From assembly GCA_016186625.1 (NCBI GenBank), contig JACPLG010000016.1, positions 1 to 38,649 of the forward strand: DNA of 38,649 bases, read 5' to 3'. A program made the position numbers and the translations under genes. How positions within the stretch are numbered: the first letter of the stretch is position 1; each line of letters opens with the position of its first letter. The notes beneath the pieces were generated by a model. The model saw only the letters and a list, made by a program, of their open reading frames with translations, had not been told where the DNA came from and made no database searches. Positions 1 through 10,593 of this stretch are shown piece by piece. The DNA is from Candidatus Levyibacteriota bacterium (lineage in GTDB: Bacteria; Patescibacteriota; Microgenomatia; Levybacterales; UBA12049).

Positions 1-1
1 A

Positions 2-3000
2 AAACATTATCGAGATTCCCTTCTTAGGAAGATATTTAGTAAAACTTTCAGGTTTGCTTTTGGAAGATTTCTTTTTGGACTGGATCATGATATTCAGGCT
101 GGGCTAAAGGTTTTCACAAGACAACTGTGGGAAACAGTAAAATTCATGCCTTCCTCCGGCTGGACATTTGACCTTGAATTTTTACATAGAGCAAAACAGG
201 CCGGATTTAAGATCCAAAAGCACAATATTATTTTTTATAAAAGAAAAAATGGTAAATCCAATGTTAATTTTGTAAAACAAACCGCTGAAATTGGCTTTAA
301 CGCGCTAAGAGTTAGAGTAAAAAGAATTCATCCGGCGCATATCCCTCCTTCGGATAAATATTCCATGCTTGGCGCAGGAATTGGACATAAAAAAAGAAAA
401 TATATCACCCATACTACAATCCCGCATCACACAACTGCGCTTAAAACAGCAACCTTATCACAAAAAATAATTATTTTGCTGCTGCTAACTGACATTGCAT
501 TAGGGCTATATATAAATCCTCTTCTTACTCTTCAGATTCTGATAGGAATTTTAAGCACAATTTATTTTATTGATGTTCTTTTTAATTTTTACCTGATATC
601 AAAAAGCCTGGACAAAACTAATGAAATAACTTCAACGGATGAGGAGATAGGAAACCTAAAAGACGCGGATTTACCCCTCTATACAATTCTATGTCCTTTA
701 TACAGGGAAGCGCGCGTTATTCCCCAGTTTCTAGATGCTATTGAAAAACTTTCATGGCCAAACGACAAACTTGATGTAATTTTGCTTCTTGAGGAAGATG
801 ACAGTGAAACCATTGAAAAAGCAGCAAAAATGAATCTTCCTTCCTATGTCAGGACTATTGTAGTCCCCCATTCTATTCCAAAAACCAAACCAAAAGCTTG
901 TAACTTTGGACTGGCACATGCAAAAGGAGAGTACATTGTGGTTTATGATGCGGAGGATATTCCCGATCCCCTGCAGCTCAAAAAAGCATTTCTTGGTTTC
1001 AAAAAGGCTGATAAGAATGTGATTTGCCTTCAGGCAAAACTTAATTATTACAACTCTCATCAAAATCTTTTAACAAGATTCTTTACGGCAGAATATTCTC
1101 TCTGGTTTGGCCTGACTCTTCCGGGACTTGTTTCACTTGATACAACTTTGCCCCTGGGGGGAACGAGCAACCATTTCAAAATTGAAAGCTTAAAAGAAGT
1201 TGAGGGGTGGGATCCGTTTAACGTAACTGAGGACGCTGACTTGGGAGTGAGACTTTTCAACAAAGGCTACAAAACCGGAATGCTGGACTCAGAGACTTTG
1301 GAGGAAGCCAACAGCAGAGTCGGAAATTGGCTGCGCCAGCGCTCCCGCTGGATAAAAGGCTATATGCAGACCTATCTTGTCCACACAAGAGGCTCTTCCC
1401 GGTCTGTTAACGGAGGCAGCAAACATTCGCTGATTTTCCATCTGATAGTTGGGGGGAAACTTGCATTTGTCCTTATTAATCCTTTCCTTTGGCTTGCAAC
1501 ATTTTCTTATTTTGCACTCTTCGCATACGTTGGGCCTGCAATTGAGGCAGTCTATCCGACTGTAGTTTTTTACATGGCTGTTTTTTCTCTTCTTTTTGGA
1601 AATTTCCTGTTCCTTTATTACTACATGATTGCCGTTGCCAAAAAAGGCCAGTGGAATCTTGTTAAGTTTGTAATTTTTGTGCCCCTTTACTGGGCAATGC
1701 TAAGTCTTGGTGCATTTATTGCTCTTTACCAGCTTATTTTAAAACCCCATTATTGGGAAAAAACAGTCCACGGCTTCCATTTGGACAAAAAAAGAAAAGG
1801 GTCTTTTGCAGAAGCCGTAATAGAAAGCGAGGAGCAAACTGCAGGCTTTGTTTTCCCTTGGAGACTCAGAGAAAGCTGGGCGCATGTTATCACAAATAGA
1901 AGTACTTATTTGGGGGGTTTTATTCTTGTCCTGTCCGCAGTAATTGCAAATTTTATGAACTTTGTCTTCAACGCCTATCTTGGAAGGGTTTTGGAGTTTA
2001 AGGATTTTGCACTCATTGGTTTAACCGGAAGCCTTTTGTCGCTATCAACAATTTTATTTGGGGCGTTAGTTACAACTACCAACTTCAGAGGCGGTTTTCT
2101 GATTGGAAAATATAATGACAGTGCCGCCTACAGCTTTTGGAAATTCATCAGAAAAAGGGCAATTATAATTTCAATAATTATTACTGCAACTTGGCTTATT
2201 GCCTCACCTCTTTTAAATGAATTTTTTAATACCGGAAATATTTATTTATTTCTTATCTTTGGAATAATCTTATTTTTTGGGCTTGCAAATTCAATTGACA
2301 GAGGTTTTTTATCTGCAAAACTGATGTTTAGATCCCTCTCAGCGCTTGCTCTCTTTGATCCTTTGGCAAAGCTTATTGTAGTTGCAGTCCTTGTTTATTT
2401 TGGCCTTAAGGAATGGGCATTTTCAGCAATACCAATTGCATTTTTGGGAACATTTCTTGTTGCCTGGTTTTTGATCAAGAAACTGTCTAAAGAAGGTGCT
2501 CACAAGGCGCCTGTTGCTGAAATTAAAAGTTTTCCAAGCAAATTCTTTTCCGCATCGCTTCTGATGGGCTTTTCATCAATTGCGTTTTTAACAGTTGATA
2601 TACTTCTTGCCAATTATTTCCTGCCCAACGAAGAAGCCGGAAAATACACCCTTCTTTCTCTGGTTGGAAAAATGGTCTATTTCACAGGCGGTCTGACAAC
2701 TCCTTTCGTTACTCCTTTAATCAGCAGGATCGAGGGCGCAAATAAAAACACTACCAAAACTCTATATTTTCTGCTTTTCTCAACTTTTGCTCTTTCTTTA
2801 ATGGGTTTTGTGGCATTTGGAATATACGGACATATAACAATTCCTTTTCTTTACGGACAAAAAGCCCACTCTATTGTTCCTTACTTAATTATTTTCACAT
2901 TAGGAATTGCAGCCTATACCGTCTCAAGAGTACTGGTCAAATACTACCTTGTAAAAAGAGTTTTTACTTTTACGGTTGTTACATCTCTGCTTGCAATATT

Positions 3001-4351
3001 GCAGATTTTATTAATAGCCAAATATCATTCAAGCTTCGGACAGATTGCAGTTGTCATGTCAATTGTTTGGGGATCGCATCTTATTTTAACTACCGCCCTT
3101 CATTTTGGAATAAAGTATGTCAGGGCTTTTGAAAACAACTTTTCAGACTTTCTGGCCCTGTTTACAACCAAAACCGAAAAAAGCGATAAATTTGGTATTT
3201 TAATCTTTAATTGGAGGGATACAAAGCATAAGTGGGCAGGAGGAGCAGAAAGCTATGTTCATGAGCTTGCCAAAAGATGGGTAAAAGGCGGGAATAGCGT
3301 TACTCTTTTTTGCGGAAATGACGGAAATTCTCCAAGAAATGAAAAGGTTGAGGGAGTAAATATTATAAGACGCGGCGGATTTTATATGGTTTATTTCTGG
3401 GCGTTCCTATACCAGGTATTAAAATTCAGGGGAAAATTTGACGCAATTGTGGACAGCGAGAACGGGATTCCCTTCTTTACGCCTTTTTATACAAGGACAA
3501 AAAAGTTTTTGCTCATCCACCACGTCCATCAGGAAGTTTTCCGAAAAAGCCTTATTCCGCCTTTTTCATGGCTGGCCTTATTTCTTGAGGCGCGCCTTAT
3601 GCCTTTTGCATACAGAAATGTCCAAGTAGTAACTGTTTCTCCTTCTTCCCAAAAAGAGATCATAAAACACCGTCTTACAAAAAAAGATCCCGGAATTGTT
3701 TATAACGGAGTCAATCATAGTTTTTACAAGCCTGCCAAAAAAAGTCAGTATCCTCTTTTCTCATGTGTTGGAAGGCTAAAACCCTATAAAAACATTGATG
3801 TTGCCATAAAAGCATTTAGTGAAGTTGTCAGATCATATCCTTTAGCAAAACTTATGATTGTAGGAGAAGGAGAAAGCTTACCCGGCCTTCAAAAGCTAAC
3901 CCGGGAACTTGACATTGAAAAAAGCGTTTCTTTCACGGGATGGGTCACAAATTCCAGGAAAGCCAAGATTCTTGCAAGAAGCTGGGTGGTAATCCAGCCC
4001 TCAATGATTGAAGGCTGGGGAATAACCGTGATTGAGGCAAATGCCGCGGGTACTCCGGTTATAGCATCTAACGTTAACGGGCTTAAAGACTCTGTTATAA
4101 ACAGTGAGACAGGTGTTCTTGTAAAAGCAGGAGACGTTGACGGATTTGTCCATGCAATGGTTGATTTTATTCTTGATGAGGAATATAGAAAAAATATGTC
4201 TCAAAATGCCAGATCATGGTCTTTGAATTTCAGCTGGAACAAAAGCGCAAAAGAATTCTTTGATATTGTTTCTCAGGCATATGATAAAAAATCTGCGCTA
4301 AAACCGGGAGGGTTGACATACGTTATCAACCGAATCCTATCAATTTTTTAA
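2..4351 (+). CDS. Multidomain glycosyltransferase fusion (DPM1-like GT2 C-terminal part + processive GT2 + Wzx/MOP-like flippase + GT4); 5'-truncated by window edge
   Basis: Frame is open from base 2 (KHYRDSLLRK...DIQAGLKVF...WTFDLEFL, polyprenol-P-mannose-synthase-like). Next come PLYRE, YDAED, TEDAD and QRSRW (cellulose-synthase-like GT2), then a long multi-TM flippase-like segment, then GGAE and EGWGITVIEA (GT4). Confidence 0.85.
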   Translation, partial: KHYRDSLLRKIFSKTFRFAFGRFLFGLDHDIQAGLKVFTRQLWETVKFMPSSGWTFDLEFLHRAKQAGFKIQKHNIIFYKRKNGKSNVNFVKQTAEIGFNALRVRVKRIHPAHIPPSDKYSMLGAGIGHKKRKYITHTTIPHHTTALKTATLSQKIIILLLLTDIALGLYINPLLTLQILIGILSTIYFIDVLFNFYLISKSLDKTNEITSTDEEIGNLKDADLPLYTILCPLYREARVIPQFLDAIEKLSWPNDKLDVILLLEEDDSETIEKAAKMNLPSYVRTIVVPHSIPKTKPKACNFGLAHAKGEYIVVYDAEDIPDPLQLKKAFLGFKKADKNVICLQAKLNYYNSHQNLLTRFFTAEYSLWFGLTLPGLVSLDTTLPLGGTSNHFKIESLKEVEGWDPFNVTEDADLGVRLFNKGYKTGMLDSETLEEANSRVGNWLRQRSRWIKGYMQTYLVHTRGSSRSVNGGSKHSLIFHLIVGGKLAFVLINPFLWLATFSYFALFAYVGPAIEAVYPTVVFYMAVFSLLFGNFLFLYYYMIAVAKKGQWNLVKFVIFVPLYWAMLSLGAFIALYQLILKPHYWEKTVHGFHLDKKRKGSFAEAVIESEEQTAGFVFPWRLRESWAHVITNRSTYLGGFILVLSAVIANFMNFVFNAYLGRVLEFKDFALIGLTGSLLSLSTILFGALVTTTNFRGGFLIGKYNDSAAYSFWKFIRKRAIIISIIITATWLIASPLLNEFFNTGNIYLFLIFGIILFFGLANSIDRGFLSAKLMFRSLSALALFDPLAKLIVVAVLVYFGLKEWAFSAIPIAFLGTFLVAWFLIKKLSKEGAHKAPVAEIKSFPSKFFSASLLMGFSSIAFLTVDILLANYFLPNEEAGKYTLLSLVGKMVYFTGGLTTPFVTPLISRIEGANKNTTKTLYFLLFSTFALSLMGFVAFGIYGHITIPFLYGQKAHSIVPYLIIFTLGIAAYTVSRVLVKYYLVKRVFTFTVVTSLLAILQILLIAKYHSSFGQIAVVMSIVWGSHLILTTALHFGIKYVRAFENNFSDFLALFTTKTEKSDKFGILIFNWRDTKHKWAGGAESYVHELAKRWVKGGNSVTLFCGNDGNSPRNEKVEGVNIIRRGGFYMVYFWAFLYQVLKFRGKFDAIVDSENGIPFFTPFYTRTKKFLLIHHVHQEVFRKSLIPPFSWLALFLEARLMPFAYRNVQVVTVSPSSQKEIIKHRLTKKDPGIVYNGVNHSFYKPAKKSQYPLFSCVGRLKPYKNIDVAIKAFSEVVRSYPLAKLMIVGEGESLPGLQKLTRELDIEKSVSFTGWVTNSRKAKILARSWVVIQPSMIEGWGITVIEANAAGTPVIASNVNGLKDSVINSETGVLVKAGDVDGFVHAMVDFILDEEYRKNMSQNARSWSLNFSWNKSAKEFFDIVSQAYDKKSALKPGGLTYVINRILSIF

Positions 4352-4353
4352 TT

Positions 4354-5487
4354 ATGAAAAAAGATATTAAAATTTGTTTTTTTGGAACATATGACAGGGA
4401 ATATACGGCAAATAAAATTGTCTTACAGGGACTTTTGGAAAATAACATTCCTGTCTTGGAAGTAAATTCAGAGATAAAACTGACCAGACTTGACAGTCAA
4501 AAGGATATAACCTGGCTTGCTTTAATTAAACGAATACTTAGAAAGTATAAAATCTTTTTTGAAATATTTAAAAATTTAGATAAATTCAAAAAAACTGACG
4601 TAATTTATGTTGCATTTCCAGGACATTTTGACGTTTTGTTTGCCTGGCCGCTTGCCAAGCTATTCAACAAAAAACTGGTCCTTAATCCTGTTGTCAGCTT
4701 CTCTTACGGATTTACCCAGGAACAGACAATTCTTAGCAAAAACTCAATGCGCGCAAAAATTACCAAACTTGGCGAAACAGGAATTTATAAATTAATTGAT
4801 TTACTATTGCCGGATACACCTTTCCAAAAAGATTTTTTTAAAAAAACTTTCAATATTCCTGAGGAAAAAATTAAGGTTCTGCCGATAGGCGCTGATGACA
4901 AATATTACAAATACACGCCGTATACAAATAAAAGTAAAAAAATTAATGTTACCTATTACGGCCTTTACAGCCCAACGCACGGAGTTGAACATATAATTGA
5001 GGCGGCCAACATTTTAAGAAACAATAAAGATATAAAGTTTACATTTGTGGGCAACGGCAATACGTTTCAGAAAAATTTCGACAGGGCAGAAAGACTCGGT
5101 CTTAAAAGTGTAGAGTTTTTCAATAATACGCCCCTTGATCAACATCCTGCAATTATTGAAAAAGCAGACCTTTTCTTAGGCTTTTTGCAAAAACACCCTT
5201 TGGTGGACAGAGTTATTCCCAACAAAGTCTATCAAGGACTGGCGCTTGGAAAAGTAGTGGTAACAGCGGATGCGCCTGTTGCAAGAAGCATGTTTCACCA
5301 TGGGGAAGATATGTATCTGGTAAAGCCCTCAGACGGAAAAGCATTAGCCAAAGCAATTCTTGAACTTAAAAATAAACCCGAGATGAGAATCAGAATCGCA
5401 AAGAATGGCTACAAGTTATTTCTTGAAAAATTCACCCCAAAAGCAATCGGAAAAAAGCTAATAAAAAATATTGAGGAAATATTATGA
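4354..5487 (+). CDS. GT4 family glycosyltransferase
   Basis: GT-B features YYGLYSPTHG and IPNKVYQGLALGKVVVT; operonic spacing. Confidence 0.85.
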   Translation: MKKDIKICFFGTYDREYTANKIVLQGLLENNIPVLEVNSEIKLTRLDSQKDITWLALIKRILRKYKIFFEIFKNLDKFKKTDVIYVAFPGHFDVLFAWPLAKLFNKKLVLNPVVSFSYGFTQEQTILSKNSMRAKITKLGETGIYKLIDLLLPDTPFQKDFFKKTFNIPEEKIKVLPIGADDKYYKYTPYTNKSKKINVTYYGLYSPTHGVEHIIEAANILRNNKDIKFTFVGNGNTFQKNFDRAERLGLKSVEFFNNTPLDQHPAIIEKADLFLGFLQKHPLVDRVIPNKVYQGLALGKVVVTADAPVARSMFHHGEDMYLVKPSDGKALAKAILELKNKPEMRIRIAKNGYKLFLEKFTPKAIGKKLIKNIEEIL

Positions 5488-6302
5488 AACTAAAAAGAAA
5501 TACATTCTTATTTATCAGAAGCTTAATAGTTAATTTTGACTATATTCTTGGAAGTTTGCTAGGCATCAATAAAGACTATCTTAGCATTTTATGCTTTCAT
5601 AGCATCTCCGATGGTGGCAACAGATATTCTATAGGTCTTACTGATTTTAAAAGAGAACTTAAAACAATTTCCCAAAATGCAAATTTCGTAAATATAGACG
5701 AAGCCATAGAAGTAATCGGGGGACAAAGGGTTGAAAAACCATCAGTTGTTCTAACATTTGACGACGGGTATAAGGACGCTCTTAAAGTTGTGCCTTTAAT
5801 AAAAGAATACCAAATTCCTGCAGTAATATTTATTTTGTCCGACAGAAAAAATGCCAACCGGAAAGAATTAGACAATAAGACAAAATTGCTAAGTACTGAA
5901 GAAATCAAACAGCTTGTAAAAGAAGGGTGGACAATAGGCTGTCATAGTGCAACCCATGCAGATTTTACTTCTCTTTCGCCTTCTCAGATTAAAAAGGAAA
6001 TAATTGATTCTAAAAAATCCATCGAGAAAGAGATTGGTATAAAAATTAAATATTTTGCTTATCCAAAAGGAGTTTTGAGTGATGAAATTATAAAAGCTGT
6101 TAAAAAAGCAGGCTACATTGCTGCCTTTGGTGTTTGGCCAGGTAATGTAGAAAGAGGTTCAAATAAGTGGAATATACCAAGAATAGTCATTGACGCCTCA
6201 CATTCATTAGTAGATTTTCCGGCAATTTACAGCCCAAGCGTTCTATTTTTGCGAAGGATCACAGATCCTTTAAAAATTTGGGATCTATTTTTAAGCTTAT
6301 GA
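5484..6302 (+). CDS. Polysaccharide deacetylase (NodB/CE4)
   Basis: LTFDDGY, GCHSATH and FAYPKG motifs; ATGA overlap with the upstream gene. Confidence 0.9.
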   Translation: MKLKRNTFLFIRSLIVNFDYILGSLLGINKDYLSILCFHSISDGGNRYSIGLTDFKRELKTISQNANFVNIDEAIEVIGGQRVEKPSVVLTFDDGYKDALKVVPLIKEYQIPAVIFILSDRKNANRKELDNKTKLLSTEEIKQLVKEGWTIGCHSATHADFTSLSPSQIKKEIIDSKKSIEKEIGIKIKYFAYPKGVLSDEIIKAVKKAGYIAAFGVWPGNVERGSNKWNIPRIVIDASHSLVDFPAIYSPSVLFLRRITDPLKIWDLFLSL

Positions 6303-7210
6303 AAAAATTAAAAGTATCAATCGGCATACCTGCCTACAATGAAGAGCGCAACATTAAAAATGTGCTTAAGTCCATTCTTGATCAAAAAGAAAAAAGTATC
6401 ACGATCAAAGAGATAATTGTTGCATCAGACGGAAGCACTGACAACACAGTTCAATTTGCAAAATCAATTGATGATCAACGATTAAAAGTAATTAAGTACG
6501 TAGGCAGAAGAGGGAAACCAACCATTCTTAACAGGCTTTTTAAAATTTTTAAAGGAGATGTGTTGGTTATAGTGGATGCTGACTCAATACTCAAAGATGA
6601 ATTGGTCATAGAAAGTCTTGTTTCAAAACTCCATAAAGACAAATCTATTGGAGTCATTACGGGAAATCCACAACCGTTACCTGCAGAAACATTTCTTGAA
6701 AGTGCAATTAATAATTATATATACGCCAGAAATAAAGTATTCGATAAATACGACATAGGTAAAAGCGCTTATACTGCACGCGGATTTCTCGTTTATTCTA
6801 AGAAATTTCTTAAAAATTTTATCCTTCCTGATGAAGTAATTAATGATGATACATATAGTTATTTTTATTGCTTAAGGAATAGCTATAGGGCGCTCAATGA
6901 AAAAGGTGCCGTTGTTCGGTATAGGCCTGCACAAACGATTAGTGAACACATCAAGCAATCCACTCGTCATTTAGCAGGTGGGGTTCAGCTCTATAGGTAC
7001 TTTGGACAAGAAGCTGTAGACAAAAAATTCAGTCTTCCAAAAATGGCTTTGTTAAGAATTATGCTTTATCAATTAATTAGAAACCCAATGGGATACATAC
7101 TCTTAAAGGCTCTAAATATATATTGTTTCTATCTTAGCAGAAAACAAGTTGAGAAATTTGACAATAAATGGGAGTCAATATCAACGTCTAAAAATTTATA
7201 TACAAGGTAA
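6299..7210 (+). CDS. GT2 family glycosyltransferase
   Basis: IPAYNEE, DGSTD, DAD; start placed at the ATG overlapping the upstream stop. Confidence 0.9.
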   Translation: MKKLKVSIGIPAYNEERNIKNVLKSILDQKEKSITIKEIIVASDGSTDNTVQFAKSIDDQRLKVIKYVGRRGKPTILNRLFKIFKGDVLVIVDADSILKDELVIESLVSKLHKDKSIGVITGNPQPLPAETFLESAINNYIYARNKVFDKYDIGKSAYTARGFLVYSKKFLKNFILPDEVINDDTYSYFYCLRNSYRALNEKGAVVRYRPAQTISEHIKQSTRHLAGGVQLYRYFGQEAVDKKFSLPKMALLRIMLYQLIRNPMGYILLKALNIYCFYLSRKQVEKFDNKWESISTSKNLYTR

Positions 7211-7215
7211 ATATT

Positions 7216-7812
7216 ATGGAAAAATTATTTAATATTTTTCGCTATTTCAGGCACTTTTTATTTTCGGGATTCTATCACCTTGGGTGGCCTGTGGTATTCA
7301 GAAGAAATATTGTTATTAACGGTCATGAATTTATATCTCTTGGGAAAAACGTAGTTTTGGATTATGACTGCGTATTGAATGTAATTACTCGTCATCAGAA
7401 TTACAAATATAACTATCAAAAACCTGTTATTAAAATTGAAGACAATGTGGGCATTACCAAAGGCGCATTTATCTCAGCAGTCAGATCAATCCATATTAAA
7501 AAAAATGTGATGATTGGGCCGTACTGCTTTATAGGAGACTACAATCACGGATATGAAGACATAACCAGACCAATTTCAAAACAGCCTTTAAAAAACATCA
7601 AACCTGTTGTTATAGAAGAAGGCGCCTGGATTGGCGCTCATGTAAGCATTGCATCCGGTGTTACCATTGGCAAAAATTCAGTAATTGGAGCAAATAGTGT
7701 GGTAACAAAAGACATCCCGGATTACTGCGTTGCGGTTGGGACTCCTGCGAAAATAATCAAAAGATATAACAAGAGAAATAATAATTGGAGAGAAATAAAT
7801 AAAAAAGGATAG
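7216..7812 (+). CDS. Hexapeptide-repeat (left-handed beta-helix) sugar O-acetyltransferase
   Basis: WIGAHVSIASGVTIGKNSVIGANSVVTKDIP...GTPAK. Confidence 0.9.
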   Translation: MEKLFNIFRYFRHFLFSGFYHLGWPVVFRRNIVINGHEFISLGKNVVLDYDCVLNVITRHQNYKYNYQKPVIKIEDNVGITKGAFISAVRSIHIKKNVMIGPYCFIGDYNHGYEDITRPISKQPLKNIKPVVIEEGAWIGAHVSIASGVTIGKNSVIGANSVVTKDIPDYCVAVGTPAKIIKRYNKRNNNWREINKKG

Positions 7813-7816
7813 AAAT

Positions 7817-8770
7817 ATGAAAACAAAACTAGCAAAACCAACAAACGTACATTTAATTACAGGTTTAATAATATCTATAATCCAATCTCTGACAAGAGGA
7901 TATTCTGATGCAGATATTCCAGAAAAAGTTGGCAAATATCTTTTAGTCCAGGTCATCAAAAAAGAGAATTTGCTAAAAGGATATGCTGTTGGGATATATC
8001 AATACAAAAAAGAAAAGGTATTTATTAAGACATGGAATGGCGATTTGAAAAACTTTGGTTATTACGCTTTGGTTAACGAATTTATCACCAGTAAAATTCT
8101 CTATAAAAAATTCCAATCTTATAATTCAAAAACAGTCAAAGGCAGAATTAAAATTCCGGAACCTATTAAATATATCTCTACCAAGGATTCACTCTCGCTT
8201 GTTTATGAATATGTAGATGGAGATACTTTAACAACAGCCTTATTAAAAGAGAAAGTTGAGATTTTGGCTTACATTTTAAAAGTACTCTGGGATATGTCTA
8301 ACGCTATTACAGAAAATGAAAAAAGGCAATTATTCAAACGAAATAAAATATTCTATATTGTATCGTTGCTAGCCTTCGCCATTCTAACCATAGTATCAAA
8401 TCCTAAAAACTGTAAAGTTGTTTTAAATGGGCTCTTAAAATGCATAAAAACATTTAGACTTTTAAATGAATCAAATCTTTGTATAGCTCATAGGGATTTA
8501 ACTCCTCACAATATTTTGGTAAACAATAAGGGAGTATATATTGTTGATTGGTCTAGAATGGCTTTGACGATCCCTAATTATGATATTACTTATATGTCAT
8601 TAATGCCGAAATTAAAACCAGTTGCAGATTTAATTTCTCAAAAAACTAATTTTAAACCCAATAAGTTTCTTAAAAACTATATTTTAATTCACTCTGCGCA
8701 TTCTTTCGGGGCTCCTGAAGGTTATGACAATTTCTATGAAAAAGAGCTTTATAGGCTATATGCAAGATAA
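7817..8770 (+). CDS. Kinase-like phosphotransferase (APH/choline-kinase fold)
   Basis: VFIK lysine, HRDLTPHN catalytic loop, VDW metal-binding motif. Confidence 0.75.
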   Translation: MKTKLAKPTNVHLITGLIISIIQSLTRGYSDADIPEKVGKYLLVQVIKKENLLKGYAVGIYQYKKEKVFIKTWNGDLKNFGYYALVNEFITSKILYKKFQSYNSKTVKGRIKIPEPIKYISTKDSLSLVYEYVDGDTLTTALLKEKVEILAYILKVLWDMSNAITENEKRQLFKRNKIFYIVSLLAFAILTIVSNPKNCKVVLNGLLKCIKTFRLLNESNLCIAHRDLTPHNILVNNKGVYIVDWSRMALTIPNYDITYMSLMPKLKPVADLISQKTNFKPNKFLKNYILIHSAHSFGAPEGYDNFYEKELYRLYAR

Positions 8771-8774
8771 GAAT

Positions 8775-9686
8775 ATGAAAAAAGCAACAATTACAATTGG
8801 GATTCCTGCTTATAACGAAGAGCTTAATATTAAGTTCTTATTAAAGTCGCTGTTGAAACAGAAAGTGGAAAGCGCTGACATAAGCGAGATAATCGTTATT
8901 TCCGACGGGAGCACGGATAGAACAGTCGAGATTGCTAGTTCTGTAAGAGATGAAAGAATAAAAGTTATAGACCAAAAAGCAAGAATGGGCGGGAGAGCAG
9001 TCCAAAACGAAATTATTAAGAGAGCAAAAGGTGACATATTGGTAATGCTGGACGCAGATGTAATTCCTGTCGGAAGTAATTTTGTCGACGAAATAATTAA
9101 ACCGATTTTACATGATAAGGATGTAGGCTTAGTGGGGGCTAATATTGTAAGCGCAAAGCCTGATACTTTTGTAGAAAAGGTTATTTCGGCAAGCCATGAA
9201 CTTAAATGGGCGCTTTATAAGCGTATTAACAACAGGGATAACATTTACCTTTGCCATGGCAGAGCTAGGGCTTTTTCAAGAGGCTTATATAGAAAAATAA
9301 ATTGGCCCCAAAACGCACCAGAAGACGCCTACTCTTATCTCTTGTGTAAGAAAAAGGGATTTAAATTTATCTATGCTTCAAAAGCAAAAGTTATTTTTAG
9401 ATCACCGGCAAATTTAGCCGACCACTTTAAACAAAGCAATCGTTTTGTAAAAGGTAAAAAGGAGATGGAGAAATATTTTCCGGCCAGTTTTGTCAAAAAA
9501 CAATACAGATATTCAAAACTGCTTTTAGCACAAACAGTAACCGAGTATCTATTGAAAAATCCAGTAGCAATAATTGGTTACATCGCCATAACTGTTTATG
9601 TAAGGATTTTTGGTATTAAAGATTGGGTGAACCACGCCAAGTGGGATATTTCCCCAAGTACCAAAAAAATTATCTATGAAAAATAA
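8775..9686 (+). CDS. GT2 family glycosyltransferase
   Basis: IPAYNEE, DGSTD, DAD; start moved to ATG 8775. Confidence 0.9.
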   Translation: MKKATITIGIPAYNEELNIKFLLKSLLKQKVESADISEIIVISDGSTDRTVEIASSVRDERIKVIDQKARMGGRAVQNEIIKRAKGDILVMLDADVIPVGSNFVDEIIKPILHDKDVGLVGANIVSAKPDTFVEKVISASHELKWALYKRINNRDNIYLCHGRARAFSRGLYRKINWPQNAPEDAYSYLLCKKKGFKFIYASKAKVIFRSPANLADHFKQSNRFVKGKKEMEKYFPASFVKKQYRYSKLLLAQTVTEYLLKNPVAIIGYIAITVYVRIFGIKDWVNHAKWDISPSTKKIIYEK

Positions 9687-10593
9687 CAAATTACCTACAG
9701 TTACAGTAGCAGTTAGCGCGTACAATGAGGAGGGAAACATAAGAGAGTTTCTTAGGTCTGTTCTTGATCAAAAGGAAGAAGGCTTTAAGATAGAGGCAGT
9801 ATGGGTTCATAATGACGGTTCTAGTGATTCTACGGCTCAAATTGTAAGGTCCTTCAAAAATCCCAAAATTAGACTTTTCGACCACAAAAAAAGAGCAGGA
9901 AAGGCAACTTGGCTAAATAGGATATACAAAGATTTAAAGTCCGATTTCCTGGTTCAATCAGACGCTGATGTTATTTTTACGCACAAATATGTAGTTAGAG
10001 ATATGGTTAAGCCGCTAATTGATAATCCAAAAGTCGGAATGACAGGAGGCAGTCCTGAGCCAATCAAAGGCGATACTTTCTGGGAAAAAATCTCAAGAGT
10101 TGCCTTTGAACCATACAAATACTTTCGCTCTGAAGTAAGAGGCGGAGACAATATTTTCTCGGCGGTTGGTCAAATGTTGGCATTTAGAAAAGAGGCAGTC
10201 AAAAAGATAAAAATGCCTGAAGATATGCTTACCAATGATATCTATACTTATTTTTGCTGCCTTACTCTTGGCTACAAATACAAGTATGCCGAATCTGCCA
10301 GGGTAGTATTTCGCGCTCCTCAAAATCTTTCCGATATAATTAAACAAAATGTCAGAAACCAAATAGGATATAAGAGAATGTATGAATTATTTGACCCTAG
10401 GCTTGTTGCAAAGGAATTTGAAATTCCTAAGGCTGAACGGCGCAAAAGGTTAGTTGCCCAAATTATAAAGTATCCTTTACATGCGACAGTTTTTTACTTT
10501 GTCAACAATTACTGCATATTAATAACTTTGTTTACGAAGGTGAAAATAGACGCCAAATGGCCTATGGCAGAAAGCACCAAAAAATTAATATGA
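9676..10593 (+). CDS. GT2 family glycosyltransferase
   Basis: SAYNEE, DGSSD, DAD motifs. Confidence 0.9.
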   Translation: MKNNKLPTVTVAVSAYNEEGNIREFLRSVLDQKEEGFKIEAVWVHNDGSSDSTAQIVRSFKNPKIRLFDHKKRAGKATWLNRIYKDLKSDFLVQSDADVIFTHKYVVRDMVKPLIDNPKVGMTGGSPEPIKGDTFWEKISRVAFEPYKYFRSEVRGGDNIFSAVGQMLAFRKEAVKKIKMPEDMLTNDIYTYFCCLTLGYKYKYAESARVVFRAPQNLSDIIKQNVRNQIGYKRMYELFDPRLVAKEFEIPKAERRKRLVAQIIKYPLHATVFYFVNNYCILITLFTKVKIDAKWPMAESTKKLI

